Shown: in pieces, positions 19,260-30,972 of the stretch
Layout of the letters: the number at the start of each line of letters is the position of its first letter
Position numbering within the stretch: the first letter of the stretch is position 1
Source of the DNA: a virus
Virus genome (UHGV): UHGV-1555466
Reading direction: 5' to 3' (one strand)
Length of the DNA stretch: 43,198 bases
Made by a program: the position numbers and the translations under genes
Notes under the pieces: model-generated
Told to the model about the DNA's origin: nothing
What the model saw: the letters and a program-made list of their open reading frames with translations, nothing else
Database searches by the model: none

Positions 19260-19767
19260 GATTGTCATCGCGGCATTTTTCTTCTCTGCCTTTGGGGCGC
19301 TCGTCTGGTCTGCAAACCATTACCACAGCAAGTATCAGGCAGAAAAGTTGCGGGCTGATAAAGCGGAAGGTGAAGCTGAATATCAAGGGAAAGTGATAGC
19401 TAATCAGGCATTAAACTTCAATCGTTTTAACCAGATAGCAGAAAACGCAAGCCGATTAAATTCTCTGGTCGACATCGGTCACGAGAAGACAGTCATCAAA
19501 TACCGTGAGGTTCTGCTCCGTGAAAAGAACTGTGATTTCCCTGTTCCTGCTGATATTGCTGTCGGGTTGCTCAACTACGCGAACCGTTTACGCGCCAGCG
19601 CATTGCACGCCGATTCCGGGTACATTGACCCAGCCGGTGATCGTGCCACTACCACCAGAACGTTGACATATTGCCAGGCTGTTCTGTGGATTAACCCATT
19701 GTTGGCAGCCATCGAGAAGGCGAATAACCAGTTGGCTGGTGTCCGACAAATAGAACAGTCCCGGTAA
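19243..19767 (+). CDS. Rz: i-spanin (Rz-like)
   Basis: 174 aa; N-terminal transmembrane segment then coiled-coil periplasmic domain; overlaps endolysin end. Confidence 0.7.
   Translation: MKLTYKIVIAAFFFSAFGALVWSANHYHSKYQAEKLRADKAEGEAEYQGKVIANQALNFNRFNQIAENASRLNSLVDIGHEKTVIKYREVLLREKNCDFPVPADIAVGLLNYANRLRASALHADSGYIDPAGDRATTTRTLTYCQAVLWINPLLAAIEKANNQLAGVRQIEQSR
19520..19666 (+). CDS. Rz1: o-spanin lipoprotein (Rz1-like) embedded in Rz in the +1 frame
   Basis: GTG start with GAGG RBS; VKRTVISLFLLILLSGCSTTRTVYAPAHCTPIPGTLTQPVIVPLPPER; lipobox LSGC, Pro-rich. Confidence 0.6.
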   Translation: MKRTVISLFLLILLSGCSTTRTVYAPAHCTPIPGTLTQPVIVPLPPER

Positions 19768-19828
19768 TAGCATTACAGAAGCTCTTCCAGGAGGGGCTTC
19801 GATAATGACCTGATAACTGGAAAATAAA

Positions 19829-20401
19829 ATGACTAAGAAGCTGAAAGCAAAACACGAGGTGTTTTGTCGCGAGTTTCTTGTCGATCTGAATGCTACACAA
19901 GCAGCTATTCGCGCAGGCTACGTCTCCAGGCGAGCACATGTTACGGGGGCTGAACTATACGGTAAACCTGAGATACGCGCCCGTATTAACGAGCTAAAGC
20001 AGGAGCGTATTGATCAACTGGGCATTGATGCGAATTATGTGCTGATGCGACTGGTTGAGATCGACAGGCTCGATGTGGCTGACATCCTAGAGGACGATTT
20101 AAGTATTAAGCCTCTGTCTGCGTGGCCGGAATCGTGGCGTCGGTACCTGAGTGGATTTAACCTCGCTGAAATGTTTGAGGGGCGAGGAGATGACAGAGAA
20201 ATGGTCGGGATCCTTAAAAAGATTAAGTGGCCTGATAAGGTTAAAAACCTTGAGTTGCTTGGGCGTCATGTTTCTGTTCAGGCGTTTAAAGACAACGTCA
20301 AAAATGAAGTGACTGGCGCTGATGGAGGACCAGTCAGAACAGAAATTACCAACTTAACGCCGGAGCAGGCTGCAGAGGCGTATAGAAAAATGATGGGCTA
20401 A
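19829..20401 (+). CDS. terminase small subunit
   Basis: 190 aa; N-terminal [24 protein letters not shown] typical of small terminase. Confidence 0.7.
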   Translation: MTKKLKAKHEVFCREFLVDLNATQAAIRAGYVSRRAHVTGAELYGKPEIRARINELKQERIDQLGIDANYVLMRLVEIDRLDVADILEDDLSIKPLSAWPESWRRYLSGFNLAEMFEGRGDDREMVGILKKIKWPDKVKNLELLGRHVSVQAFKDNVKNEVTGADGGPVRTEITNLTPEQAAEAYRKMMG

Positions 20402-20403
20402 GT

Positions 20404-22026
20404 ATGCCGTTACCATTCCCCTTCGATTTTAAACATCCTGATTACCAGATGGTTTTTGAATGGCGGATGGAACGCCTACAGCGCATTCGCCAGAATCCTG
20501 AAATATTGCCTGCACTAAAACAGTTTTACCGAACCAATCCGGCTCAGTTCATCATCGACTGGGGCATGACAACGGACCCGCGTAATATTGATTATGGCCT
20601 GCCGGTGACCATTCCGTTTTTACTCTTCCCTAAGCAGGAGGAGTGGATCCACTGGATTATGGAACGCTGGGGCAATCGGGAGAATGGTATTACCGAAAAA
20701 TCCCGTGAAATGGGGCTCAGTTGGACCGCGATCGGACTGGCATGTTCGCTTTGTCTCTTCAACAAAGAAATGGTTATCGGTTTCGGCTCCCGTAAAGAGG
20801 AATACGTCGACAGCACCGGTGACCCGAAAGCATTGTTCTGGAAGGCGCGCAAGTTCGTGGAAACACTGCCTGTAGAGTTTCGCGGTTCGTGGAGCGAGAA
20901 GAAGCACGCGCCATATATGCGTGTTGAGTTTCCTGAAACTGGTGCCGTTATCAAAGGCGAGGCTGGCGATAATATTGGTCGTGGTGACCGTACCACGCTT
21001 TATCTGGTTGATGAGGCTGCATTCCTTCAGCGTCCTCTGCTGATTGATGCGGCGTTGTCACAAACGACGCGTTGCCGTATCGACCTGAGTTCAGTTAACG
21101 GCATGGCTAACCCGTTCGCTCAGAAGCGTCATGGCGGGAAGATACCGGTATTCACATTCCACTGGCGGGATGATCCTCGCAAGGATGAAGAGTGGTATCG
21201 CAGGGAATGCGAGAAAATCGATAATCCGGTGGTGGTGGCACAGGAACTTGATCTGAACTACAGCGCATCAGCGGAAGGCGTCCTGATTCCATCCGAATGG
21301 GTACAGGCTGCCGTTGATGCGCATATCAAACTGGGTATCCAGCCAACAGGCAAACGACTTGGCGCGATGGATGTCGCCGACGAAGGCAGGGACAAAAATG
21401 CCTTTTCCACCCGTCATGGCTTCCTCCTGGAAAATGTGCGGGAATGGTCCGGTGTGGGCAGCGACATTTATCAGTCCGTCAAGAAGGTTTTCGGCTTTTG
21501 CGAACAGGACAACCTCGAAGAGTTTCGCTTTGACGAGGACGGGCTGGGCGCTGGCGTTCGCGGCGATGCACGCGCTATCAACGAACTGCGTAACGCTGCG
21601 CGTCGACCGTCAATACTTGCCACACCGTTTCGAGGTAGTGGCGCGGTATTTGATCCGGATGATGAAGCTGTTCGCGGGGACAACGGGCAAGCCGCACGTC
21701 TGAACAAGGACTTCTTCGCTAACGCCAAAGCCCAGAGCTGGTGGCGGTTACGTAAACTTTTTCAGAATACCTGGCGCGCCGTGGTTGAAGGTATGGCTTA
21801 CAACCCGGACGAAATCATCTCAATCAGCAGTAGCATGGCACTCAAAGATAAACTCATCATCGAGCTTTCGCAGCCGACCTATTCCATTAATGGTGTGGGA
21901 AAAATAGTTATTGATAAACAGCCTGATGGAACCCGATCGCCAAACCTTGCCGACTCGGTGATGATCAACTATGCCCCAATGAATTCAGCCCTGAACATCT
22001 GGGAGCTGCTAGGGAGACAGGCCTGA
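20404..22026 (+). CDS. terminase large subunit
   Basis: 540 aa; Walker B-like LYLVDEAAF; directly after the small subunit. Confidence 0.75.
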   Translation: MPLPFPFDFKHPDYQMVFEWRMERLQRIRQNPEILPALKQFYRTNPAQFIIDWGMTTDPRNIDYGLPVTIPFLLFPKQEEWIHWIMERWGNRENGITEKSREMGLSWTAIGLACSLCLFNKEMVIGFGSRKEEYVDSTGDPKALFWKARKFVETLPVEFRGSWSEKKHAPYMRVEFPETGAVIKGEAGDNIGRGDRTTLYLVDEAAFLQRPLLIDAALSQTTRCRIDLSSVNGMANPFAQKRHGGKIPVFTFHWRDDPRKDEEWYRRECEKIDNPVVVAQELDLNYSASAEGVLIPSEWVQAAVDAHIKLGIQPTGKRLGAMDVADEGRDKNAFSTRHGFLLENVREWSGVGSDIYQSVKKVFGFCEQDNLEEFRFDEDGLGAGVRGDARAINELRNAARRPSILATPFRGSGAVFDPDDEAVRGDNGQAARLNKDFFANAKAQSWWRLRKLFQNTWRAVVEGMAYNPDEIISISSSMALKDKLIIELSQPTYSINGVGKIVIDKQPDGTRSPNLADSVMINYAPMNSALNIWELLGRQA

Positions 22027-23492
22027 TGGCACGAAACAAACAAGCCCTGCGGCGAACTGCGCAGGCCACAGCTGATGGTTATGAGAATTTTATTGCCCGC
22101 GTAGGGATGCAGACACCTAACCAGCACTCAGCATCCACCTACCGGGCTAATTTCACCAGTCGTAACCGCATGCTGGTGGAATGGTCCTATCGTTCGTCCT
22201 GGATCATCGGCGAAGCAGTCGATGCTATCCCGGATGATATGACCCGCAAAGGCATTCGCATCACTTCGGAAATTGATGCAAAAGATCGTGGCATTCTCGA
22301 ATCACAACTGGATGAGTTGCAAATCTGGGATGCGCTGAATGACGTGCTGAAATGGTCGCGCCTCTACGGCGGCGCGGTGGGTTTCATCATGATTGAGGGG
22401 CAGGCACCAATGACCCCGCTGCGACCCGAAACCATCGGTAAGGGCAAGTTTAAGGGAATTCTCCCGCTCGACCGCTGGATGATTGACCCGGTACTGACCC
22501 GCCGCATTAAAGATATGGGGCCGGACCTGGGTAAACCTGAGTTTTACGATGTGGTGACCACAGCAACGGGAATTCCTGCCTGGCGCATTCATCACAGTCG
22601 ACTGATTCGCTTTGATGGCGTCACGCTGCCATTTCAGCAGAAGATGACCGAGAACGAATGGGGAATGTCGGTTGTAGAGCGTATCTGGGATCGTCTTACC
22701 GCGTTCGACAGCGCTACTGTCGGCGCGGCGCAGCTGGTCTACAAAGCGCATTTGCGTACCTACAGCGTGGAGAAGCTACGCGAGCTTATCGCACTTGGTG
22801 GTCCTGCGTATGAAGCGTTGCTGAAGAATATTGACCTGATTCGACAGTTCCAGAGCAATGAAGGCATGACTCTCATGGACTCGCGGGATAAGTTTGAAAC
22901 CCATCAGTACAGCTTCAGTGGTCTGGATGACATCCTTTCACAGTTTGCAGAACAGATTAGTGGCGCTGTTGGTATCCCACTGGTGCGGTTGTTCGGACAG
23001 TCCCCGAAGGGATTTTCTACCGGCGATGCAGACCTTGCCAACTATTACGACCGGGTAAGCTCGTTGCAGGAGAGGCGTTTACGTCTTCCGGTGCGGCGGA
23101 TACTGGACATCATGCATCGTTCGGAACTTGGCAAGCCGCTGCCGGACGATTTCACGTTTGAGTTTAACCCGCTCTGGCAAATGTCTGATGTCGATCGCTC
23201 AACGGTGGCGTTAAACACTACCAACGCAATCAGTACAGCGCTGGGTGATGGTCTGATGACACTGAAAGCCGCTATGACTGATTTGCGAGAAAATTCTGAC
23301 GTAACCGGCATCGGGGCATCCATTACCGACGAGGACATCGAGAATGCCGAAGATGAAGCGCCGCCCGGCATCGGCGAACCTGATGACGAACCGCAGGAAC
23401 CGTCAGGCGGAAATCCGGTATCGAACCAGCCTACGCAGGATAGCGCGGGCGGTCGGGGACATCGTAAATGGTCACTACGATGGTTCAAATGA
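22026..23492 (+). CDS. portal protein
   Basis: 488 aa following terminase; acidic C-terminus. Confidence 0.65.
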   Translation: MARNKQALRRTAQATADGYENFIARVGMQTPNQHSASTYRANFTSRNRMLVEWSYRSSWIIGEAVDAIPDDMTRKGIRITSEIDAKDRGILESQLDELQIWDALNDVLKWSRLYGGAVGFIMIEGQAPMTPLRPETIGKGKFKGILPLDRWMIDPVLTRRIKDMGPDLGKPEFYDVVTTATGIPAWRIHHSRLIRFDGVTLPFQQKMTENEWGMSVVERIWDRLTAFDSATVGAAQLVYKAHLRTYSVEKLRELIALGGPAYEALLKNIDLIRQFQSNEGMTLMDSRDKFETHQYSFSGLDDILSQFAEQISGAVGIPLVRLFGQSPKGFSTGDADLANYYDRVSSLQERRLRLPVRRILDIMHRSELGKPLPDDFTFEFNPLWQMSDVDRSTVALNTTNAISTALGDGLMTLKAAMTDLRENSDVTGIGASITDEDIENAEDEAPPGIGEPDDEPQEPSGGNPVSNQPTQDSAGGRGHRKWSLRWFK

Positions 23493-24117
23493 CAGTATCA
23501 CGGAAATTATTGAGGCGCTGGAGCGCTACAGTGAAATCATCACCCCCTGGGCGACAAAGGTCGCGGAAAACTTTACCGCCGATATTGTGCGCAAGAATGA
23601 TGAGCAGTGGCGTAAACACAGCAAAACCATCAGCCGTGAGCTACGCAATCTGGTAAACAGTGCCCCGCCAGGGCAGGTGATGAAATCCATCGTTGCTGAA
23701 CAGGTTAAGTACATTAAATCGCTACCCCTCGAGGCGGCTGACAGGGTGTACGACATCCAGAATCGGGCGATTGAAGCTGTTGTGACCGGTGGGAGAGCGG
23801 AACATTTTGCTAAAGAAATAGCCGCATCGGGTGATATAGCAAAGTCCAGAGCTGACCTGATTGCCCGTACTGAACTTGGACGTGCAACCGGCGCGCTGGA
23901 TCAGGCGCGTGCGCTGGCAATTGGTTCGAATGGTTATATCTGGCGTACAGCCGAAGATGGTGACGTCAGGCATTCTCATCGGGAAATGGAAGGTAAATTT
24001 GTCGAATGGGGCAAACCTCCAACGCTTGATGGCATGACCGGTCACGCTGGCGAGCTCCCGAATTGCCGCTGTTATAAAGAAATCGTTTTTCCCACCTCCC
24101 ATTCTTATCCCGCCTGA
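23344..24117 (+). CDS. head morphogenesis protein (Mu F / SPP1 gp7 family)
   Basis: ARTELGRA and RHSHREMEGK...PNCRC motifs; overlaps portal 3' end so the true start may lie later. Confidence 0.65.
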   Translation: MPKMKRRPASANLMTNRRNRQAEIRYRTSLRRIARAVGDIVNGHYDGSNDSITEIIEALERYSEIITPWATKVAENFTADIVRKNDEQWRKHSKTISRELRNLVNSAPPGQVMKSIVAEQVKYIKSLPLEAADRVYDIQNRAIEAVVTGGRAEHFAKEIAASGDIAKSRADLIARTELGRATGALDQARALAIGSNGYIWRTAEDGDVRHSHREMEGKFVEWGKPPTLDGMTGHAGELPNCRCYKEIVFPTSHSYPA

Positions 24118-24131
24118 ATCGCAGGTAACAC

Positions 24132-25352
24132 ATGAAATATTTTTTCAATACCCGGCTGGGGGAAACCCGCTATCAGCTGGCTGACGGCTCGTTGCTGTGC
24201 AAAGACGTGCCGATAGGACGAACAGGTAAGCAGCTCTATGGTGCTGATGACCTGCCAAAACTGAAACCCGATAAGTTCGGTGAAATAGTCGTCACGCGTT
24301 CTCCTGAGCAGGTATTCCATCCGGCCACGCTCGCCTCATTCGAAGGGATGAGCATCACGATCCTGCATCCTGAAGATGAAAACGGGAATGTGCGGCTGGT
24401 AAATCCCGAGAACTGGAAAGAGCTTGCTGTCGGGCACCTCCAGAATGTCCGGCGCGGGACGGGTGAGCAGTCTGATTTGATGCTGGCTGACCTTATCGTC
24501 AAAGACGAAAACGCCATTCAGCTTATCGAAGATGGCCTGCGAGAAGTGTCGTGCGGCTATGACGCGGAGTACGAGCAGACCGAGCCAGGTAAAGCCGGGC
24601 AGGTCGATATTACCGGAAACCATGTGGCTCTTGTCCCCAAAGGCAGAGCCGGAAATCGTTGTGCAATTGGAGACAGAGACACAATGGCAAATCAAAAGAA
24701 AAACTGGTGGAACCGCATGCGTGCAGCCATCAAGACAGGAGATGCCGACACCATGAACGAACTGGTGGAGTCGGCTCCCGCATCGGTTACAGGAGATGAG
24801 GGGGATTTGCCGCAGGGCGTTAATCTCAACATCAACCTGTCCCCGCAGCAACCACTACCGGACAAAGCACCAGAGATGGGTGGAGGTCCAACCGGCGACA
24901 GTGATGATGACCTCAAAACATTACTGAAAGCCCTGCTGGCTAAGCTGGAAGGAAATGCCACGGGCGATAACGATAATAAGCCTGACGATAATCCGACCGG
25001 TGACGGCGAGGACGATGAAGAGGAAACCACGATTACTGGTGACTCAGCCTGGCGTGCCGAAGTTATCGTTCCGGGTATCGATCTGAGCCGTAAGATGAAA
25101 CCGACCGAGTTCAAACGCGAGGTTCTGGCTTCCGCAGATAAAACGCTGGTTCGCCAGATTGTCGGTGATGCGGATATCCGCAAATTGCCGAAACAATCGG
25201 TCGACATGGCGTTTAATGCCGTGTCTGAGATTGCCAAAGGGCGAAACACCCGCGCCACCACCGGCGATGCACAGCGCCTAAACATGGGCATGACCAGTAT
25301 CGCTTCCCTGAACAAACAAAACGCTGAATTCTGGGCAAACCGTAAAGGGTAA
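24132..25352 (+). CDS. putative head scaffolding / prohead protein
   Basis: 406 aa with acidic low-complexity centre, sits between head morphogenesis and capsid genes. Confidence 0.45.
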   Translation: MKYFFNTRLGETRYQLADGSLLCKDVPIGRTGKQLYGADDLPKLKPDKFGEIVVTRSPEQVFHPATLASFEGMSITILHPEDENGNVRLVNPENWKELAVGHLQNVRRGTGEQSDLMLADLIVKDENAIQLIEDGLREVSCGYDAEYEQTEPGKAGQVDITGNHVALVPKGRAGNRCAIGDRDTMANQKKNWWNRMRAAIKTGDADTMNELVESAPASVTGDEGDLPQGVNLNINLSPQQPLPDKAPEMGGGPTGDSDDDLKTLLKALLAKLEGNATGDNDNKPDDNPTGDGEDDEEETTITGDSAWRAEVIVPGIDLSRKMKPTEFKREVLASADKTLVRQIVGDADIRKLPKQSVDMAFNAVSEIAKGRNTRATTGDAQRLNMGMTSIASLNKQNAEFWANRKG

Positions 25353-25355
25353 AAA

Positions 25356-25862
25356 ATGAATAATGTATTTCTGTACCGGATGCCTGTTGGCATTGCCGGG
25401 GCTGTCTCTCGCCCGCAGGACTTAACCGTCGAACCGGTGGTCCTTAAATCCGATAACGCCTTCGCTGCCTATGGCCTGGCTGGTAAATACGATGATGACG
25501 GTTTTTTCGTGCCGCTGGCAGATGGTGATACCGCAGACAAGGTAAAGGGGATCTACGTGCGCCCTTATCCGACCACGTCGCAGCCGGACATGGTTCGCCA
25601 GGTGGGAACAGGCAAGAACTTCCCGGGCGACGCCATGAAGCGTGGCTACGTGACTGTTAATCTCGGTTCTGATTTTGATGCCAGCACCATCAAAAAAGGC
25701 GACCCGGTATACGTTGTCGTCTCCACTGATGAATCCATCAAAGTGCCGCTGGGGGGATTCATGTCCACGTCAGTCAGTGGCAAAAATGTGGTGCTGACCA
25801 ACGCTGAATTCACAGGTGCCGGTGATGCTGACGGCAATGCAGAAATTTCCTGGAAGATTTAA
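25356..25862 (+). CDS. putative capsid-associated protein
   Basis: 168-aa ORF immediately upstream of major capsid gene. Confidence 0.45.
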   Translation: MNNVFLYRMPVGIAGAVSRPQDLTVEPVVLKSDNAFAAYGLAGKYDDDGFFVPLADGDTADKVKGIYVRPYPTTSQPDMVRQVGTGKNFPGDAMKRGYVTVNLGSDFDASTIKKGDPVYVVVSTDESIKVPLGGFMSTSVSGKNVVLTNAEFTGAGDADGNAEISWKI

Positions 25863-25873
25863 GGAACAGACGA

Positions 25874-26815
25874 ATGATTACTTTTGATCAGGCAACCGTT
25901 GACAGCTCTGGTGCCTTTCTCATCGGGGAGCTGGAGCGACTCGACCAGACGCTGAACCTGCCACTGGTGGGGTACACCTGGACCCGCGATATTCAGTTGC
26001 GTGAAGATGTCTCTATCGCAGATGACATTTCCAGCTGGACGAATACCAGCTTCGCCGCTGCGGGTACTGGTGCAAATCCGAATGGCAAAAACTGGGTAGG
26101 CAAAGACTCAACCGCTATTGCTGGCGTGAACGTGGATATCGGCAAATCCGGTAACCCGCTGAACCTGTGGGGGATGGAACTTGGCTGGACGGTCATAGAA
26201 TTGCAGGCTGCTCAGCAGGTCGGCCGCCCGATTGATACGCAGAAGTATGACGGTATGCAACTGAAATGGCAGATGGATAACGATGAACAGGTATATGTTG
26301 GCGATTCCGCATTAAACCTGAAAGGCCTTGTTACCCTGGACGGCGTGCCTGTCAACAACGCTGCCAAAACGTGGGCAACCTCAACACCGGACGAAATCCG
26401 CGCAAGCATTAACCAGGTGCTGTCTGATGCGTGGGCCGCTTCCGGTTACTCTGTGGTTCCGCGTGATTTGCTGATCCCGCCTGAGCAGTTTGCTCTGTTG
26501 TCCAGCATCATCGTTTCATCTGCGGGTAACCAGTCCCTGTTGACGTATCTTCAGACCAACACCATCAGCTATCACCAGAACGGTGTTCCGCTGAATATCC
26601 GCGCGGTTAAATGGCTGAAAGGCCGTGGTGTGAGGAAAAAGGATCGCATGGTTGCGTACACCAACGATAAAAAATACGTTCGCTACCCGCTGGTTCCGCT
26701 TCAGAGCGTGCCGGTGCAGTATCGCGGTCTGTATCAGATCGTCACTTACTACGGCAAGCTGGGTGCGGTTGAGCCAGTGTACAAAGAAACCATTTCGTAC
26801 GTTGATGGCATTTAA
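25874..26815 (+). CDS. major capsid protein
   Basis: 313 aa in the expected position and size; composition typical of a coat protein. Confidence 0.6.
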   Translation: MITFDQATVDSSGAFLIGELERLDQTLNLPLVGYTWTRDIQLREDVSIADDISSWTNTSFAAAGTGANPNGKNWVGKDSTAIAGVNVDIGKSGNPLNLWGMELGWTVIELQAAQQVGRPIDTQKYDGMQLKWQMDNDEQVYVGDSALNLKGLVTLDGVPVNNAAKTWATSTPDEIRASINQVLSDAWAASGYSVVPRDLLIPPEQFALLSSIIVSSAGNQSLLTYLQTNTISYHQNGVPLNIRAVKWLKGRGVRKKDRMVAYTNDKKYVRYPLVPLQSVPVQYRGLYQIVTYYGKLGAVEPVYKETISYVDGI

Positions 26816-26856
26816 CAGCCACATGGCCCCCTGGCGGGGCCATTAAGGATGACCCG

Positions 26857-27078
26857 ATGGCAAAAAATAATGCAGTAATACACGTACATACCCCGTTTGT
26901 GCTCACGCTTCCCGACGGTTCACGGCGCGAGTTTGTTAAAGGCCGTCATGCTGTGGAGGAAGACGTTGCCACGCACTGGTTCACTCGTGCGCACGCGGAA
27001 GTATCCGTTGGCAAAGCCACAGACGCGCGTAACGAGGTAAAAAATGCCAAAGAATCAAAATCTGCCAGCGGTAAGTGA
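26857..27078 (+). CDS. small hypothetical head protein
   Basis: 73-aa ORF in structural operon. Confidence 0.4.
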   Translation: MAKNNAVIHVHTPFVLTLPDGSRREFVKGRHAVEEDVATHWFTRAHAEVSVGKATDARNEVKNAKESKSASGK

Positions 27079-27451
27079 TTTTCGCCGCGACTTCCCGCAG
27101 TTTGCTGACCCTGCCAAATATCCCGAAGCGCAAATCCAGTTTCGTCTGAATCTGGCCGATGAACTGCTGAGCGAAAACGTCACCGGCAAAAAGTTGTTTC
27201 CGTATTTTGCCGGATTGTTCGTTGCACACTACATGACGCTCTGGGCGGCAGACAGCCGGGCGATGCTGGCTGGCGGGCCGGGCGGTTCAACCAATGGTGT
27301 TCAGTCCTCAAAGTCCGTTGACAAGGTAAGCGTCAGCTATGACACCAGCGCGACGCTGAATCCTGATGCAGGTTTCTGGAATAACACCCGATATGGCGCT
27401 GAATTTTATCAGTTGATCACGATGTTCGGTGCAGGCGGTCGCCAGCTATGA
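27044..27451 (+). CDS. putative head-tail connector protein
   Basis: 135-aa ORF by position. Confidence 0.45.
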   Translation: MPKNQNLPAVSDFRRDFPQFADPAKYPEAQIQFRLNLADELLSENVTGKKLFPYFAGLFVAHYMTLWAADSRAMLAGGPGGSTNGVQSSKSVDKVSVSYDTSATLNPDAGFWNNTRYGAEFYQLITMFGAGGRQL

Positions 27452-28002
27452 GTTTCAAAAGCGGTGTAACAACGAGGGTGGATAACGCTAAGGCCATTCT
27501 GGATGCGCTCAGGTCGTTAACCAAAAAAGATGTGCTGGTCGGCATCCCTTCGGAAGACAGCGGGCGGGATGATGTTCCGTTTGGTAATGCGGGCATCGGT
27601 TACCTCAACGAATACGGCTCACCAGAGCAGAACATCCCGCCACGACCTCACCTGGTCCCCGGCGTTAAATCGGCAGAAGAGCAGACGGTGCCGCAGCTCA
27701 AAACCGCGGCGCAGGCTGCTCTTGATGGTAATGCTGCGGGAGCAGAACGCGCACTCAACCGTGCCGGAACGCTGGCCGCTAATGGCGTCAGGCGTTACAT
27801 GACTATTACCGGCTTTACGCCGCTTGCTGACAGCACTGTTGAAGCCCGGGCTCGTCGGGGGCGCAAGGGGGCAACACTGGAACTTGCCCGGCGTGTTGCT
27901 GGCGAATCTCCCGGAACCGATCTGGCGAAACCATTAATTGACACCGGGCAATATCGCAGAGCTATTACCCATGTAGTGAGGGATAAAGATGCCGACTCTT
28001 GA
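27448..28002 (+). CDS. putative head completion / neck protein
   Basis: 184 aa, start/stop overlaps with neighbours. Confidence 0.45.
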   Translation: MSFKSGVTTRVDNAKAILDALRSLTKKDVLVGIPSEDSGRDDVPFGNAGIGYLNEYGSPEQNIPPRPHLVPGVKSAEEQTVPQLKTAAQAALDGNAAGAERALNRAGTLAANGVRRYMTITGFTPLADSTVEARARRGRKGATLELARRVAGESPGTDLAKPLIDTGQYRRAITHVVRDKDADS

Positions 28003-28378
28003 TGTAACAGATGTGCTTTTTGACCCCGATTTTTGCGGCTTCAATTTGTGGGTAACACGCCGAGTGCAAACGGTGGATGAGGACGGGATCGGCAGCGACA
28101 GTGAAGTTAAAAAGCAGTTTGCCGGAGTCGTAACTGTTGATCGCTCTCTGGAAAACCGTCGTATGCAGGCCGGGCAGGTAATCAGTGGTGCAATTCTGAT
28201 TGTGACGACTGAGCGACTGACACAGGGACAGACTGGCCGTGATGCCGATATCGTGACGTATCAGGGCCGTGATTATCGTGTGACTTTCGTCGACCCGTAT
28301 ACAGCGTATGGTGCCGGATTCGTTCAGGCGCATTGTGAGTTGATGCCGTTTGATGGGGGAACTCCGGTTGAGCAATAA
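27989..28378 (+). CDS. putative neck / tail completion protein
   Basis: 129 aa, overlaps neighbours. Confidence 0.45.
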   Translation: MPTLDVTDVLFDPDFCGFNLWVTRRVQTVDEDGIGSDSEVKKQFAGVVTVDRSLENRRMQAGQVISGAILIVTTERLTQGQTGRDADIVTYQGRDYRVTFVDPYTAYGAGFVQAHCELMPFDGGTPVEQ

Positions 28379-28916
28379 CACCAGTACAGAGCGCGGATGG
28401 TTAATACCAACCAGTGGCGATCCGGATTATGACGAAGCGCTCGACAGGCTGTTAAGCCAGTGGATGCGTAACGTTTCCGGCCTGTCTGCCGGGATGGTTC
28501 GCCCGCGCTGGCAGAAAGAGCAGCCGCCACTGCTACCGGTTGAAACGAACTGGTGTGCGTTTGGGGTTATCGGATGGTCAGGTGATGACAGTCCGGCATT
28601 CACCAGACAGACCGATGATGGCTCTCAGCTCTGGCGGCATGAAACGATTGAGTGTATGGCTTCGTTTTATGGACCGGCGGGGATGGTGTATGCGTCCCGG
28701 TTTCGTGACGGTATATCTGTGCCGCAGAACAATGCAGCACTGAATGCGCTGGGGCTGTCTCTTGGCGATTACACAGGTCTGACTCCCTTCCCTGAACTTA
28801 TTAATCAGCAATGGGTCCGCCGCTACGATATGACGGTGCGCCTGCGCCGGAAGGTTGTGCGCGAGTACGGTATTAAATCGCTGGTGGAAGCACCTGTCAT
28901 CTTTTTCGGAGATTAA
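28350..28916 (+). CDS. putative tail completion protein
   Basis: 188-aa ORF upstream of sheath. Confidence 0.45.
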   Translation: MMGELRLSNNTSTERGWLIPTSGDPDYDEALDRLLSQWMRNVSGLSAGMVRPRWQKEQPPLLPVETNWCAFGVIGWSGDDSPAFTRQTDDGSQLWRHETIECMASFYGPAGMVYASRFRDGISVPQNNAALNALGLSLGDYTGLTPFPELINQQWVRRYDMTVRLRRKVVREYGIKSLVEAPVIFFGD

Positions 28917-28919
28917 GCT

Positions 28920-30065
28920 ATGGCACAGGGCTTGCCTGTATCAAACGTTGTTAATGTTGATGTGATCATGTCGCCGCGTGCAGCATCAGGGCGAAATTTT
29001 GGTGCATTACTCATTCTCGGCCCGTCCACAATCATTCCGGTAAGTGAGCGCATTCGCCGTTATTCTGCCGCGGAAGATATTGGAAAAGATTTTGGCGTGG
29101 AATCACCAGAATATAAAGCTGCGCAGGTGTTTTTCTCACAATCACCGAAACCTCAGGAGGTTTTTGTTGGTCGTTGGGTGAAAACGAAGGGAGACAGCGA
29201 ACAGGCCACGCCTGAGACGCTGGAGCAGGCTGTGAATGCCATGCTTGATTATACTTCATGGTATGGGCTGGGGATTGCAGACGATGCAGATATTCCGGAT
29301 GCAGACTGGCTGAAAGTGGCTGCGGCGATCGAATCCTCTTCTGTAAGCCGTATTCTGGCGATTACGACAAGCGATGAGAAATGCCTGCAGACTGCATCCA
29401 GAGATGATTTGGCATCAAAACTGAAAAGCGCCGGATATTCACGCAGTTTTATACAATATTCATCGGGTAATAAATTCGCTGCGTTATCTGCATTTGGCCG
29501 GGCATTCACGGTTAATTTCAATGGCAGTAATACCGCGATTACGCTCAAGTTTAAGCAGGAGCCGGGTGTCGGGTATGAAACACTGACAGTCAGCCAGGCA
29601 TCGGCACTTGATGCAAAAAACTGCAATGTGTTCGTGTACTACCAGAATGATACAGCTATCCTCCAGCAGGGAGTGATGGCTAACGGCGATTTCTTTGATG
29701 AACGCCACGGCCTGGACTGGTTACAGAATTATGTGCAGACCAACCTCTATAACCTGCTTTATACCAGCACCACGAAGGTTCCCCAGACTGAAGCCGGTAT
29801 TACCCGACTGTTATCAAATGTTGAAAAATCACTGGATCAGGCCGTTCAGAATGGACTGATTGCTCCGGGCGTATGGAACGGTGGCGACCTTGGCCAGTTG
29901 TCATCAGGTGACACGCTGCCCAAAGGTTATTACGTATACGCCCAGCCGCTGGATGAACAGGCACAATCAGAACGTGAAGCCCGTAAGGCTCCGGTGATTC
30001 AGGCTGCAATAAAACTTGCAGGCGCGGTTCATTACGCTGACGTACAGATTAACGTTGTTCGCTAA
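28920..30065 (+). CDS. tail sheath protein
   Basis: 381 aa followed by tube and chaperone genes, the contractile-tail order. Confidence 0.65.
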   Translation: MAQGLPVSNVVNVDVIMSPRAASGRNFGALLILGPSTIIPVSERIRRYSAAEDIGKDFGVESPEYKAAQVFFSQSPKPQEVFVGRWVKTKGDSEQATPETLEQAVNAMLDYTSWYGLGIADDADIPDADWLKVAAAIESSSVSRILAITTSDEKCLQTASRDDLASKLKSAGYSRSFIQYSSGNKFAALSAFGRAFTVNFNGSNTAITLKFKQEPGVGYETLTVSQASALDAKNCNVFVYYQNDTAILQQGVMANGDFFDERHGLDWLQNYVQTNLYNLLYTSTTKVPQTEAGITRLLSNVEKSLDQAVQNGLIAPGVWNGGDLGQLSSGDTLPKGYYVYAQPLDEQAQSEREARKAPVIQAAIKLAGAVHYADVQINVVR

Positions 30066-30075
30066 GGGGAAGTGA

Positions 30076-30516
30076 ATGTCTACCTATTCTTTTATGGATG
30101 TCACTGCGACGCTGACCGGGCCGACCGGTTCGATTGACCTCGGGTACGGTTCGGCAAGTTCTGAAGAGGGGATTGTGGTTGCGATGGGCGGTCCTAAAAA
30201 CACCATGACCATCGGTGCTGATGGTGAAGTGATGCACAGCCTCCATGCAGATAAAAGCGGGACGATTACCGTTAACCTTCTGAAGACATCACCGACAAAT
30301 AAAAAATTGTCGCTGGCGTATAACGCACAGAGCCAGTCTTCTGCCACATGGGGGAATAACGTTATCGTTATCCGCAACAAGGTCAGCGGCGACATCATCA
30401 CGGCACGCAGTGTTGCGTTCCAGAAACAACCGGATAACGCCAACGCTAAAACCGGTAATACGATGCCGTGGGTGTTTGACTGCGGCAAGATTGACCAGGT
30501 TCTCGGGGAGTTTTAA
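30076..30516 (+). CDS. tail tube protein
   Basis: 146 aa directly after sheath. Confidence 0.6.
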   Translation: MSTYSFMDVTATLTGPTGSIDLGYGSASSEEGIVVAMGGPKNTMTIGADGEVMHSLHADKSGTITVNLLKTSPTNKKLSLAYNAQSQSSATWGNNVIVIRNKVSGDIITARSVAFQKQPDNANAKTGNTMPWVFDCGKIDQVLGEF

Positions 30517-30519
30517 TGC

Positions 30520-30972
30520 ATGGAATTCGAAATTAAAGGCGTGAAATATCGCACGGCAAAACTCAGCGTTTTTGACCAGCTGAAAGTGACCCGCAAACTT
30601 CTGCCGGTGCTGGCAGGAATGATGTCAGATTTCGGGAGTATTCGCTCCCGTTTGCCTGCTGACGGCAAAATCGACACCGTGAAATTCGAACAGTTAAAAC
30701 CGGTGTTTGAAACCATGCTCCCGCGTATCGCTGAGGAACTGTCTTCCCTGACCGAAGATGACACCGATGCGATTATTCATCCCTGTCTTGCGGTGGTATC
30801 GCGGCGTCATATGGACGGATGGGTGCCGGTATTTACCCAGGGCGAACTGATGTTTGATGATATTGACTTGCTGGTCATGCTGCAGCTGGTGGCGCGGGTG
30901 GTCGCCGATTCGCTGGGAAATTTTTTGCCTACACCCCTTACCAGCACGACGCAGAGCCTGCAACAGGGCTGA
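30520..30972 (+). CDS. tail assembly chaperone
   Basis: 150 aa between tube and tape measure. Confidence 0.55.
   Translation: MEFEIKGVKYRTAKLSVFDQLKVTRKLLPVLAGMMSDFGSIRSRLPADGKIDTVKFEQLKPVFETMLPRIAEELSSLTEDDTDAIIHPCLAVVSRRHMDGWVPVFTQGELMFDDIDLLVMLQLVARVVADSLGNFLPTPLTSTTQSLQQG

Noticed and set aside
24236-25393. Minus-strand ORFs (93, 171 and 233 aa) across the scaffold-like gene
   Set aside because: Antisense to a plus-strand structural operon, Ser/Pro-rich low-complexity translations, no plausible start context.
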